This document shows positions 38,922 through 48,915 of a stretch of 64,000 nt of DNA, piece after piece. A program made the translations under genes and the position numbers. The notes beneath the pieces are model-generated. The model was not told where the DNA came from. It saw only the letters and a list, made by a program, of their open reading frames with translations, and did no database searches. The first letter of the stretch is position 1. Each line of letters begins with the position of its first letter. Source of the stretch: Candidatus Entotheonellaceae bacterium (GTDB lineage: Bacteria > Tectomicrobia > Entotheonellia > Entotheonellales > Entotheonellaceae); NCBI GenBank assembly GCA_965238075.1, contig OZ250173.1, forward strand, positions 2,944,001 through 3,008,000, in the 5' to 3' direction.

Positions 38922-40847
38922 ATGAGCGGTAAGCGGTTGTTGCCCTTGGCGGTAATTCTGGTTGTGCTGGTGGTCGTGGCGCTGATGGTGAAACGTCAAC
39001 CGACGCCGACGCGCCTGGTGGACGAGGTGGGCTGGGAACGTCTGGTGCCCGATTCGCTGCGAGCAGAGGCGATCAGTGGCGTGGACCTGTACCAGGGTAG
39101 TCAACCGGATCAGGTGTTGAGCCTGCGGCGGCAGGGAGATAGCTGGCAGGTGCCGAGCTATTTCGACGCACCGGTGCGGCCGAGCAGGATTGCGTCGCTG
39201 TTGGAACAGATTCACAGTTTGGAAGGCGAGTTGCGAGCCGACCGCGCCGAGTTGCTGGGCGAGTTCGATCTGGAGGAGCAGCAGGCGCTGCACCTGCGCG
39301 TGTACACCGACGACGATACGGAGCCCGCGCTGCACCTGCTGGCGGGCAAGGGCGGTCGGCGAAGTGGTTTTGTGCGCTTGCTGGACGATTCGCGGGTTTA
39401 CAACGTCGATCTGAACCTGCACAGCATGGCTGGGTTGTGGGGCGAGACCCTCGGCAACGCGCCGGGAGCGGAAACGTGGCTGCAACTGCGGATGAACGAA
39501 ATTCCGAGTGAGGAGGTCGCGGCGCTGGAGTTGGAATCGCCGCGCGGGCATTTCCGGTTTTCGCGCGTCGAGCCCGAGGCCGACGAAGCTGCGGAAGGTG
39601 AGGCGGAAGCGGAGCGGCTATGGCGGGCTGAGATGCCGGCTGTTGACTACGAGGTGAACCATCAATTGCTCGATCGCCTCGCGGTGGCTTTGGGCACGCT
39701 GCGTGCCGATGATATCGTCGATGGCAGCAAAATAGCGGAATACGGACTGGAGAACAGCGTTTACCGGGCCACCCTGACCGTGCAGTCGTCGGGTGACGGG
39801 GCGGCGCGCCAGGTGGCCATGCGGTTTGGTCACGAAATTCCGGGTCCCGAAATGGATGGCGCGCGTTACGGCATTTTGGAAGAGGGCGAGACCGTTTACG
39901 TCGTTCCGGGTTGGTCGTTCAGGCAATTCTTCCCCAGGGGCAAGTCGCTGCTGAACCTGCCGGGGCTGTACCTGCAAAAGGACGACGTGCAGCAGATTGC
40001 CTTGTTCTCCGCCGGCAACACGGTACGGCTGTCGCGTGCCGCCGCTGCTGGGCCGGTTGCGGAAGGGGAGGCGGAGGCTTCGCCGGCCCCCTGGGAAATG
40101 GACGAGCCGTCGCTGGGCTTTATGGTGAAACAGGACGGCGTGGAAGCCTTGGCCGAATTCCTGTCGCGCTTCGTGCCCGACGGTATGGCACCGGCGAACG
40201 GCGCCACCGTTCCCGCCGCCGATTCGGTGCCGCGTGTGGAGATCACCATGCGGGATGCCTCGCGCCATCTGATTCACTTGGCCGCCGCGCCCACCGTGCC
40301 GGATGGACAGGTCGTGTACGTCAGCGGTCAGGACATGCCGTTCATCATCGAAGACGCCACCCGCGCGCAGTTGTTGCCGGCGCTCGGCGCGTTGATGGAC
40401 TTGCCCCTCCTGCCCATCCAGCCCCAGGACGTTGTCGGCCTGACCTGGCAGCAGGCGGATGGCTCCTGGACGCTGGCGCGCCAAGCCGATGCTGAGCCTG
40501 ACGTCGAAACGCCCGCTCCCTGGCAATTTCCCGATGCGCCCGACACGCCCGTGAACGCCCAGGCGGTCAACGAACTCCTTATTACCACCGCCGGCCTTAC
40601 CGCCGACGACTGGCTCGAGAATCCGCCTGCCGCCGCCCTCGACGATCCGTTCCTCGTGGTCACCCTGACCCGCAGCGACGGGGCTCGTGGCCGCATCACC
40701 GTCGGCCCACTTCTCGACGATTCTCAAGACCATTTTGCCCGCTTCGAAGGCGCCCCCGGCCTGTTCGTGTTATCCGCCGACACGTACGGCAAGCTGACCG
40801 AAGCCCTCGGCAAGATCCGTCCTGGCGCTGCTCCTGCGGAGCCGTAG
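38922..40847 (+). CDS. DUF4340-like membrane-anchored periplasmic protein
   Basis: N-terminal TM, repeated modules, YGL/FDL motifs; usual position after Gld ABC genes. Confidence 0.75.
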   Translation: MSGKRLLPLAVILVVLVVVALMVKRQPTPTRLVDEVGWERLVPDSLRAEAISGVDLYQGSQPDQVLSLRRQGDSWQVPSYFDAPVRPSRIASLLEQIHSLEGELRADRAELLGEFDLEEQQALHLRVYTDDDTEPALHLLAGKGGRRSGFVRLLDDSRVYNVDLNLHSMAGLWGETLGNAPGAETWLQLRMNEIPSEEVAALELESPRGHFRFSRVEPEADEAAEGEAEAERLWRAEMPAVDYEVNHQLLDRLAVALGTLRADDIVDGSKIAEYGLENSVYRATLTVQSSGDGAARQVAMRFGHEIPGPEMDGARYGILEEGETVYVVPGWSFRQFFPRGKSLLNLPGLYLQKDDVQQIALFSAGNTVRLSRAAAAGPVAEGEAEASPAPWEMDEPSLGFMVKQDGVEALAEFLSRFVPDGMAPANGATVPAADSVPRVEITMRDASRHLIHLAAAPTVPDGQVVYVSGQDMPFIIEDATRAQLLPALGALMDLPLLPIQPQDVVGLTWQQADGSWTLARQADAEPDVETPAPWQFPDAPDTPVNAQAVNELLITTAGLTADDWLENPPAAALDDPFLVVTLTRSDGARGRITVGPLLDDSQDHFARFEGAPGLFVLSADTYGKLTEALGKIRPGAAPAEP

Positions 40848-40979
40848 GTTGCAAGTCTGCAATCGGATGGTCGTGCATGTCTTTGCTGAGGTAAGCCGTA
40901 CCTTGATTGCTTTGCCCAAGCCTCCACATCACAAAAACGTTTAGCGAAAACCTCCGGCTCGAAATCTGGGCACGGAATC

Positions 40980-41205
40980 CTACTCTGCAAGAAATTTTTC
41001 CACGGTGATGCCTGCTTGTTGCCAGAATCGCTGCGAGTGTCCCCTCCGGCAAATCTCCCGGGTGATCTGGAATCGTCGTTCGATGCCGGATATCCGGGTT
41101 CCATCAGATTTCGTGACTTCCGCGTGCCTGCCGGTCGAATGTAAATCCCAGCCGACGCAATTTGCGCCCCACCTGCCGATAGGTAAAACCTGCCAACCGA
41201 CCCAT
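40980..41205 (-). pseudogene. hicA: HicA-family toxin pseudogene
   Basis: MGRLAGFTYRQVGRKLRRLGFTFDRQARGSHEI*WNP..TTIPDHPGDLPEGTLAAIL, frameshift, QAGITVEKFL; nonsense at 41104-41106. Confidence 0.8.
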
Positions 41206-41451
41206 CAAGCCCCCACGAGAACGGTCAACTCGACGCCGGCCTTATCCACGGGGCGCAGGCCCTTGGGCAGCGGGTCGCCATGTTCCCGACAGGATTCGAT
41301 AAACTTCCTCGCCACGTCTTGGGAGATTTCAACCGCTTCGACCACGGTTTTGCCTTGAGCCACAAGACCGGGCAAATCATCGGAGGTCGCAAGGTGCGCG
41401 CCCGTTTCCAACTGCCTGATTCTGAAGACGTAGGCAGTATTCCTCCGACAT
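41205..41451 (-). pseudogene. hicB: HicB-family antitoxin with +1 frameshift
   Basis: AGGAGG RBS, MSEEYCLRLQ, extra base ~41421, then IRQLETGAHLATSDDLPGLVAQGKTVVEA..HGDPLP. Confidence 0.78.
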
Positions 41452-41633
41452 GTTGGCCTCCTTTACACGTTCGAGAGTTCTGTCATTGGTCAAAAACCTG
41501 ACGGGTCGCTGTTTTGACCAGCGTAATCTGCATGGCATCAGACTGCGCAACCCATACTGCGCCCATGGGCTGGCGGACGACCGGCCGCCTCTTCACGCCC
41601 GGTCTGGTAGACGCTCAGTTATGACAGAGGGTC

Positions 41634-42613
41634 TAGAGCGTTTTCCATTCTAATTGACACCATAATAGAGGACCGACTGATATGGGGGCAGCACTGTCCG
41701 AGGACCTCCGCAAGCGCGTGGTATCAACCGTTGAGGCAGGCGCCTCACAACGTCAGGCTGCCCAGCGCTTCGGCGTCAGTTTGTCGAGTGCCAAGTATGG
41801 CGGCGACAATGGCGACAACACGGCCATGTCGCCGCCAAGCCGCAAGGCGGTGACCGACGCTCGCACCGCATCGAGGAACAGGCCGATTTCCTCCTGAAGC
41901 AAATCGAACAGACGCCCGATGTGACCTTGGCAGAACTTCAAGACCGACTGCGTAGGCACGGCCTGTTGGTCGGCATCGCCACAGTATCAGCTTCAAAAAA
42001 AACGCCGTACGCCGAAAAACACCACCGGCCTGACGTGGCCCGTCGTCGCCAGGCTTGGCTGGAGACCCAGTCAGCCCTTGACCCGGCACGGTTGCTGTTC
42101 ATCGACGAGACGGGCGTGACGACGAAGATGGCGCGCCGCTACGGTCGTGCCAGACGTGGCAAACTTTGCCATGCTTTGGTGCCTGGCCAATGGAAAACGA
42201 CGACGCTGAGCGCTGCGCTTGGCCTGGATGGATTGCGGGCACCGATGGTGCTTGACGCTCCCATGACCGGTGCCGCTGTCCTGGCTTACGTTGAGCAGAT
42301 TGTGGTGCCGGAACTCAGAGCGGGTGACGTATTGGTGATGGACAATGTGTCGTCGCATCGGGTCAAGGGCGTTGCTGAAGTGATAGAAGCGGTTGGTGGC
42401 AAGTGTCTGTTTCTGCCACTCTACAGCCCTGATTTCAATCCGATAGAGCAGGTTTTCGCCAAGCTCAAAGCGTTGTTGCCTCAAGTGGCAGCCCGCACGG
42501 TCGAGGAGCTGTGGCAAGCCGTCGCCGATGTTCTGGATGCCTTTCGCTCTGAGGAATGTGCCAACTACTTCAGAAATGCAGGCTATGGACTATCCTGAAC
42601 GGAAAATGCTCTA
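41634..42613 (+). mobile_element. IS630-family element A, copy 1 (frameshifted transposase)
   Basis: TA-bounded; TIRs GAGCGTTTTCC/GGAAAATGCTC; DDE motifs FIDETG, MDN, SPDFNPIE; N-terminal HTH out of frame at ~41794. Confidence 0.92.
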
Positions 42614-43667
42614 GAGCATATCCGGTTCTAATTGTATTATTCTGGCATCCTGCCTATCCAAAGTCGTCTTTCCACCAGCATCTTCGGCAGGAGACCAACA
42701 GCCATGGCAGCTTACCTGTCCCAAGACCTCCGTGTCCGCGTCATCCGAGCCATCGAAGGCGGCATGTCACGTAACGCCGCCGCCAACCGATTCGGTATCA
42801 GTTGCGCCAGCGCCGTAAGGTGGATGCAGATCTACCTCCGGACGGGACGCACCCAGGCAAAACCCTGCGGCGGCGACCGCCGCTCCGGGCGTATCGAAGC
42901 GCATGCCGACTTTGTCATGGCCACTCTACAGGAGACACCCTCAATCACCCTGGCCGAACTCCGACAGCGCCTTTTCAGCGAGCGCGGCGAGCACTTCGCC
43001 ATCAGCACCGTCCACGAGTTCCTACGGCGCCGCCGCATCACGTTCAAAAAAAGACAGCGCACGCCCATGAACAGGACCGTGACGACATAGCCGCAAGGCG
43101 CCACGCCTGGGTGGCCATGCAGCCCCATCTTGATCCGGAGAAACTCGTTTTCATTGATGAGACCGGCGTCAACACGAAGATGGCCAGGCGGTGCGGACGC
43201 TCGCCGCGCGGCAAGCGCTGCCGAGCATCGGTGCCGCACGGCCATTGGAAGACCACCACGTTGGTGTGTGGGCTTCGCCTGGATGGTTTGACAGTGCCCA
43301 TGGTCATGGATGGTGCCATGGACGGCGCCGCCTTCAGCACCTATGCCGCCTCGTTTTTGGCTCCAAGTCTTGGTGCGGGCGACGTGGTGGTGCTTGATAA
43401 TCTTTCGGCGCACAAAGTCAGGGGTGTGCGGGAGGCGATTAGCAAGTCGGGCGCAACGCTGTTGTACCTGCCGCCGTACTCCCCGGATTTCAACCCGATC
43501 GAGCAAGCCTTTGCGAAGCTCAAGGCGTTGCTTCGCAAGGCAGCAGCCCGCACTGTTGACGCTCTGGAGTCGGCCATTGCTATGGCTTTGGAGGCGTTTT
43601 CTGCTGAGGAATGCGCCAACTATTTCACCCATACAGGATATAAACAGTATGATCCGAAAATGCTCTA
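42612..43667 (+). mobile_element. IS630-family element B, apparently intact, two ORFs joined by programmed -1 frameshift
   Basis: orfA 42704-43090, A7 run 43046-43052, orfB to 43668 with FIDETG/LDN/PPYSPDFNPIE; ends TAGAGCAT / ATGCTCTA. Confidence 0.92.
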
Positions 43668-43874
43668 GGGATACGCCTCCGGCCAGAGATTTCCGGTGAG
43701 GAGAGTCTTTGGGGAGATCAGTCACCAAACAGACCCACCCACGTAGGGTACTTACAGCTTCATGCGAGATCGACTATGTCGATCCTCCCTGTAACTACGG
43801 GCTGTTGAAGCTGCCGGGTTTAAAGAGAAGCATTAATGGACGTAGCCCGTATGATTTAGGCACAGATTCTTAAT

Positions 43875-44007
43875 ATGAATCTCGAAGGGCACCTTGATCC
43901 GGTCGGCCAGGGCTTGCCGCTCCAGCCATTCCCAAAACTGAGGGACGCGATCATAGTGTGTAGTAGTCCTCGAGCGCGCGAATCAGGACGTTAGGGTCAG
44001 AGGAAAG
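43875..44007 (-). pseudogene. DUF4411/PIN-like protein N-terminal remnant
   Basis: DPNVLIRALEDYYTL/(shift)/DRVPQFWEWLERQA..RIKVPFEIH then truncation. Confidence 0.6.
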
Positions 44008-47000
44008 TCAGAGTTCCTTGCGCGGCCAAGACTGGCCAGATGCGAGATCGGGGTGACGCGGTTCGTCCGTCGGCCTGCCGTGCTCAAGGCGCCATACCTC
44101 GATTTGTCCTAACAGCATGAAGGCGGATTTTCGACGCTTACGATCCTCAAGCGCCATCCTGAACAGACGGGCGCGCACGTCGTTTGAGGCTCGTGCGTGT
44201 AGCGTGTAGACGTTGGAAATTTGCTCGTAGGGTTGTCGCTCGACGAAAGCGCTTTGGAGTTGGTCCCAGACGCCTTGCGGAACCGGCGAGGGCTTAGCGT
44301 CATCGATTAGGTTCAGATAGGTGACTAGGGCTTCGTGCGTTCCAAAACTGCCCATGACTTTCGAGAGGACGTGCCGATTGATTTCCGGCAGGTCACGTTC
44401 GCACAATTCCCGCAGCCGCGCGGCCGTCTCCGGCCTGCGCTGGGCGAGTTCCGTGAGCCGCGCGACGAGCACGTCCTCGCGGTGAGGACGGCGGGTCGCC
44501 GCAATGCCGAGTATGTCCGGATCGACAAAACCCAGGAGCAGTTCGCGTGCGCGCGGCGTATCGAACGCAGCGATGGCGTTGATGAAATTGTCCTCGCATT
44601 GCTCGAACGTCTGCGCGTCGGAGGCGAGCTCGTACAGAAGGTCGATGGCGGCATCTGATCGGCTCTCGCCGAGAGCGGTGACGAGCTCGCGCAGGTCGTA
44701 TCCCCGGAGCCGCCGCTTCCCGAGCACGTTGCGCATTTTGGCGATCCCCGCCGAAGGGTCATCAACGAAGGGACAGAGCGCAAGGACGTGGAGCAGAAGG
44801 TATCTGTCTGAATCCTGCATCCACTCCCCTGTCCGCTCGAAGATGGAATCGACCAGCGCGAACGCGGTGGTCGCGGGCAATACGACACCCGCTATCAACA
44901 AGCGCTCAGCGGCGTCGAGACAGGTGTATTCGTCCCATCGGCCGGGCATGACAATTACGTCGAGCACCGCTGCCGCCGAACCGCGGCCGTCGATTGCGGC
45001 AAGCGCCTTTGCGAGCACTTTAGGGCTGGCGGTGGGTTTCCCGTCTTGGTTCTGGTCTCGCAGGCGCTTGATCTCGGCATTGAGGGCAGCGGCGAACCGC
45101 GCGCGCCGCTGGTCGTCGTCAGGCGGGGGAGTGCAGCCTTCGCGCGCGGCCCACATCAAGTCGTACCGGAACTTCCGAACGAAGGAATGCTCCGGCTTTG
45201 GCACGAAGTCGCGTGCCATCGCGGCTGCGGCGTCGGAGAAGTATTCCGGCTCGGCAAGCAGCTCAATGAGTACCTGCTCGGCGCCGACCGGATCGAGGTG
45301 CATGACGGCAACGATGTGCCATCCGGCGTAGCTCATGCTGCCGCCATTGCCGAGAGGTCCACGGTCGCCGGCCGCTCGCGCGGCGCGGCCTCGGCGCACC
45401 CTCTCGATGTCGGCGCGAATGAGCGTCACTAGGTCCGTCATGTCTTCGGGTTCTCCGACCTGTGCAATCGACGACGCTAAGTCGGCTTTTTCCTCGCCGT
45501 TGAAGTCATCCTGGCGGAGCACAAGCTTGACGCTGCTTTTCAGGTACGTGCGGAGGCGTGCCTTCAGGTCGTCGTCGCCGACGCGTAGTGGTTCCAGGTC
45601 GGACCTAGCGACCCTGCTAAGTAGGTCAGCTGCGACTTTGATGTCGAGGGGGTCGCCGACCTTGACGGACGAGAGGATGCCGTCCGCGACCTCGTCGTCG
45701 GGAAGACAACGAAACACAGCCTCCAGTTGCCTCATCGCTTGCCGCTCGAATTCGTGTTGCTGCCGGGGTTCCGCGTCCATCCTGCATCGCAGTTCGCGGA
45801 TCTTCTTAAACAACCTCGCCGCAAGCCCTGCATTTGCCCGCGTAGCGATCACCGCAATCATGCCCTCAATGCGCGAGTTCTTGAGGCCTTCTGTTTCGAG
45901 GCGATGCAGGTAGGTCTCGACGAGGTCATTAGGAATGACAGTCGCAAACGGTAACCATTGCGCATGCTCGTAGAGGACACCTTCGGCAATCTGGACTGCC
46001 ACCCACTCGCTGGTCCAGACCGGATCGGTTCTACGCAGATACTCAAGCGCCGGTCGGATGAAGTGCGAATCCAGGTTGCGCATATCGCCGCCGGACAACG
46101 CCGCCATCGCTTCCTTGACGACGCCCTCCAGGCCTGGCTCGCCGAGTTCGATCAGATGAAGCGCGGTTCGCAGGCGGGCCGGATGGTCAGTCGTACTCTC
46201 GATAAATCTCCACATCGCCGCGATGGTCTTGCGCCTAAGGGTCGGGGGCATATCGTCGGGGTTCTTGCGCACCACATCTTCGAAAGTCTGCCCATCCATC
46301 GAATCGAGGACACGGGTCAGCGCGTCGTCAGACCCGGTCCACATGAGACCGGAGACCGCCGCCTTCTTCACCGCGACGCTGTTGTCTTCCACAGCGAAGG
46401 AGGCAATCTCGCCATCGACACGATGATGAAGCAGTTCAGAGACGAAATCCGCTCGCGCCTCCTCGTTCCAGCCGCGCACCTGCTCGCGCCAGTTCGATCC
46501 GAGCGACGAGAGCTGGATGTCCGGCCAAAGCCGGTACGTGCGAAGCCGCGTTTGCCTGTCTTGTCCCGACAAGAGCGGCAGGATGATGTCGTGGAAGTCG
46601 TCCGCGCCACTTGCGAGCATGGCGGCGATGGCATACTGCCGATAGTTCCCGTCGGGGAGTGCGTGCGCGGCACGGAAGCGCTCGCCGACCGCCGCGCGGA
46701 CTTCATTCCAGACGGTCGGACCGCAAAGCTGCGCAAGCTCACCGGCGAATACCAGATCGACCATGAGCGCCATATCCACCAGCTTCTTGCCGGCGTGGAT
46801 GTTTCGCCTGTCGGTTCCTGCATTGCCGGTCTGTTCAGCAAGAGTCTCGGCAATCATGCATAGCGGCTCGGCCCACGCCGGATCATTCACATAGTCGGCA
46901 GTGAAACGGTCTATCGCGTCGCGGTCATCGTCGCGCAGGTCGAGAAGCCGAACGCGGACATCGAGCGCTGCGCAATACTCCTGAAGCTGCTGATGCTCGA

Positions 47001-48516
47001 ACTGAAACGCCGGTTCCGGATAGTCAACGCGCTCAAGAACGTGGTGCGCTGTGAGCGTCGCGAGGACCGCCGGCGCTCCCACCCGCTCGATCTGCCCACG
47101 GTCCACAAGCTCTCGTGCGACGGCGGTAACGACAGCGCGCGCATCAGCCTCGGACAGTGCCACCGCACCGCGGCGGGTCATCTCAGTCGCGAGAGCCTTC
47201 AGGTAGGCCATTTGCTGGCCGAAGATCGGTGCCGCTTCTAGCGAGTTTTTGTGTTCATCTCGTTGTTCGTGCAGACGTAGAACCTGGGCGAGGACGCCGA
47301 ATTTCGTAGAGGGAATTTCGGCGTCGGCTTCAAACAGCGAAACGACTTCCGACAGGATGAACGGCGTGCGAGTCAACCCATCAAGCGACGGGTCGGCTTC
47401 GATGCGGGTGCGGAGCTCGGCACCTTTCGCGCCAAGGCGGGCTGCGAGGTAGGCTTCCCGCTGTTCAGGTCGAAGGCGCAACAACCGCAGGCGCAATGCG
47501 CCGGGCAGCGGCGGGGTCAAGTGGTGCGTGCGGGTCGCGACGAGGATGCCCGCGCTCGGAAAGTCCCGTTCGAGTTCCCGGAGTGCATTGTTCGCCTGCG
47601 CGGAACTCGACTCAGCAATTTCATTCCAGCCGTTCAGCAACAACAGGAAAGGTTCCATCTGCTGCACCCGCGCGAGGTCGCCTGGGGTGAGACCCTCGGC
47701 TTGGAACGGTGGCATGCGGGCAATGAATTCGAGAATGCTTCGTTGCGACGTCGTCCACCGCGAAAGGTCGACGATGAACGGTATGCCGACCGTGCGCTCG
47801 CGTTGCGCGAGCTGTATCAGCGTCGTGGTCTTGCCGCGCCCGGCGGGTCCTTCGAGAACGATGCGGCCGCTCCGCGACAGCGCTTGGTCGATGCGGTCAA
47901 GCGACAGCATGTCGGCAGATTCCGCATCATTGGAGTCAAGCCGCACCGCTGTGAGATCGATGAGCGGATGTCCTTTTGTTTTCGCAGCCCAGGTCTGCGT
48001 GACAGCGTCGGCCGCACGCCTTGTATTGATGATGAGTTCTGCGATGTCTGGTTCGGCATCAATTTTGAGGTGGAGGAAGCTGGCGCAGAGCCAGGCGTTC
48101 TCCGGCCTCATCATCAGCGTGATGATTTCCTCCCGCTCGATGATGTGAAGTTCAAGGTCGTGGTCGTCCCGAATTGCATCTGCCCATTGTTTGCGTTTGG
48201 AGTTGCCCACTTTGGCGGGCGTCACGAAGAGAAGCGCCTTTAGGTCAGAAAAGTTTTTCTCGGCGCGCTTTACGTCGTCAGAAACTTTCTTCAGCGTTGG
48301 CGTGATCGAGGCGGCGAGTCCCTTGCCGACCTTCTGCGGCGTCTCGCTCGCTGGCGCGTAGGCATCAAGGCCGAGATCCTTCTTGCGCTGGCGCGCGATG
48401 AGTTCGGGCCAGCGCTGCTTGCCGAGCTCTAGCGCCAGTCCCTGAAAACGCATCCCCTCCTCATTAGAGATGAGCTCATTGAGGGCTCTTTCGATATCGG
48501 TTCTCAAAATGGCCAT
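44008..48516 (-). CDS. Large NACHT/STAND NTPase with N-terminal restriction-endonuclease-like domain and long helical C-terminus (NLR/Avs-like defence candidate)
   Basis: 1502 aa; Walker A GPAGRGKTT, Walker B-like LLLLNGWNE, ILVATR, RTPFIL, FQFEHQQLQEY; N-terminal F..L...DLGLDA..LLFVTP. Confidence 0.8.
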   Translation of the reverse strand: MAILRTDIERALNELISNEEGMRFQGLALELGKQRWPELIARQRKKDLGLDAYAPASETPQKVGKGLAASITPTLKKVSDDVKRAEKNFSDLKALLFVTPAKVGNSKRKQWADAIRDDHDLELHIIEREEIITLMMRPENAWLCASFLHLKIDAEPDIAELIINTRRAADAVTQTWAAKTKGHPLIDLTAVRLDSNDAESADMLSLDRIDQALSRSGRIVLEGPAGRGKTTTLIQLAQRERTVGIPFIVDLSRWTTSQRSILEFIARMPPFQAEGLTPGDLARVQQMEPFLLLLNGWNEIAESSSAQANNALRELERDFPSAGILVATRTHHLTPPLPGALRLRLLRLRPEQREAYLAARLGAKGAELRTRIEADPSLDGLTRTPFILSEVVSLFEADAEIPSTKFGVLAQVLRLHEQRDEHKNSLEAAPIFGQQMAYLKALATEMTRRGAVALSEADARAVVTAVARELVDRGQIERVGAPAVLATLTAHHVLERVDYPEPAFQFEHQQLQEYCAALDVRVRLLDLRDDDRDAIDRFTADYVNDPAWAEPLCMIAETLAEQTGNAGTDRRNIHAGKKLVDMALMVDLVFAGELAQLCGPTVWNEVRAAVGERFRAAHALPDGNYRQYAIAAMLASGADDFHDIILPLLSGQDRQTRLRTYRLWPDIQLSSLGSNWREQVRGWNEEARADFVSELLHHRVDGEIASFAVEDNSVAVKKAAVSGLMWTGSDDALTRVLDSMDGQTFEDVVRKNPDDMPPTLRRKTIAAMWRFIESTTDHPARLRTALHLIELGEPGLEGVVKEAMAALSGGDMRNLDSHFIRPALEYLRRTDPVWTSEWVAVQIAEGVLYEHAQWLPFATVIPNDLVETYLHRLETEGLKNSRIEGMIAVIATRANAGLAARLFKKIRELRCRMDAEPRQQHEFERQAMRQLEAVFRCLPDDEVADGILSSVKVGDPLDIKVAADLLSRVARSDLEPLRVGDDDLKARLRTYLKSSVKLVLRQDDFNGEEKADLASSIAQVGEPEDMTDLVTLIRADIERVRRGRAARAAGDRGPLGNGGSMSYAGWHIVAVMHLDPVGAEQVLIELLAEPEYFSDAAAAMARDFVPKPEHSFVRKFRYDLMWAAREGCTPPPDDDQRRARFAAALNAEIKRLRDQNQDGKPTASPKVLAKALAAIDGRGSAAAVLDVIVMPGRWDEYTCLDAAERLLIAGVVLPATTAFALVDSIFERTGEWMQDSDRYLLLHVLALCPFVDDPSAGIAKMRNVLGKRRLRGYDLRELVTALGESRSDAAIDLLYELASDAQTFEQCEDNFINAIAAFDTPRARELLLGFVDPDILGIAATRRPHREDVLVARLTELAQRRPETAARLRELCERDLPEINRHVLSKVMGSFGTHEALVTYLNLIDDAKPSPVPQGVWDQLQSAFVERQPYEQISNVYTLHARASNDVRARLFRMALEDRKRRKSAFMLLGQIEVWRLEHGRPTDEPRHPDLASGQSWPRKEL

Positions 48517-48561
48517 ATGGATCCTGCGCTGGGCCTCTTCCTACCACCCGTCCGTCCCATA

Positions 48562-48858
48562 TCAATTACTCCGACTGTGCTCGTAGCGCTCGACCTCAAT
48601 CTCATCCTCCCGTGCTTGTGCCTGAGCAACATCGTAGGCTGCCTGCAGCCGCATCCACGTCTCCGTCGTAGAGCCGAAAGCTTTTGCCAGTCGGACCGCC
48701 ATGTCAGCCGAAATGCGGGCGCGGCAGTTGACTAGGTGCGAGAGCGCCTGGCGGCTGACGCCCAGGACTTTCGCGCCTTCCGTGACGCTGAGGCCGAGCG
48801 ACTCTAGGCAGGACACACGCACAACGTTGCCAGGGTGGGGCGGGTTCTTCATGGACAC
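48562..48858 (-). CDS. higA: HigA-family XRE antitoxin/regulator (no toxin partner)
   Basis: MKNPPHPG, LGVSRQALSHLVN, ISADMAVRLAKAFG, WMRLQAAYD. Confidence 0.9.
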   Translation of the reverse strand: MSMKNPPHPGNVVRVSCLESLGLSVTEGAKVLGVSRQALSHLVNCRARISADMAVRLAKAFGSTTETWMRLQAAYDVAQAQAREDEIEVERYEHSRSN

Positions 48859-48886
48859 GTCAGTTCTCCCTACACACACTGGATAA

Positions 48887-48915
48887 AACGTAATGTGCCT
48901 ATAGTCACTTGTCAA
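48887..48915 (-). promoter_or_regulatory. Sigma70-type promoter with palindromic spacer upstream of higA
   Basis: TTGACA-17 nt-TACGTT on minus strand; spacer contains near-palindrome GTGACTATAGGCAC. Confidence 0.6.

Noticed and set aside
35397-40847. Gliding motility function for the Gld-like ABC genes
   Set aside because: The family name alone does not support this; no gliding or T9SS genes are in the window
41104-41106. In-frame TGA in hicA as a second selenocysteine site
   Set aside because: The position corresponds to an aromatic residue (likely TGG to TGA), the gene also has a frameshift, and there is no Cys motif
44008-44010. Read-through of the NACHT TGA into the PIN-like sequence
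   Set aside because: Another stop follows after 18 codons and the relic is frameshifted and truncated
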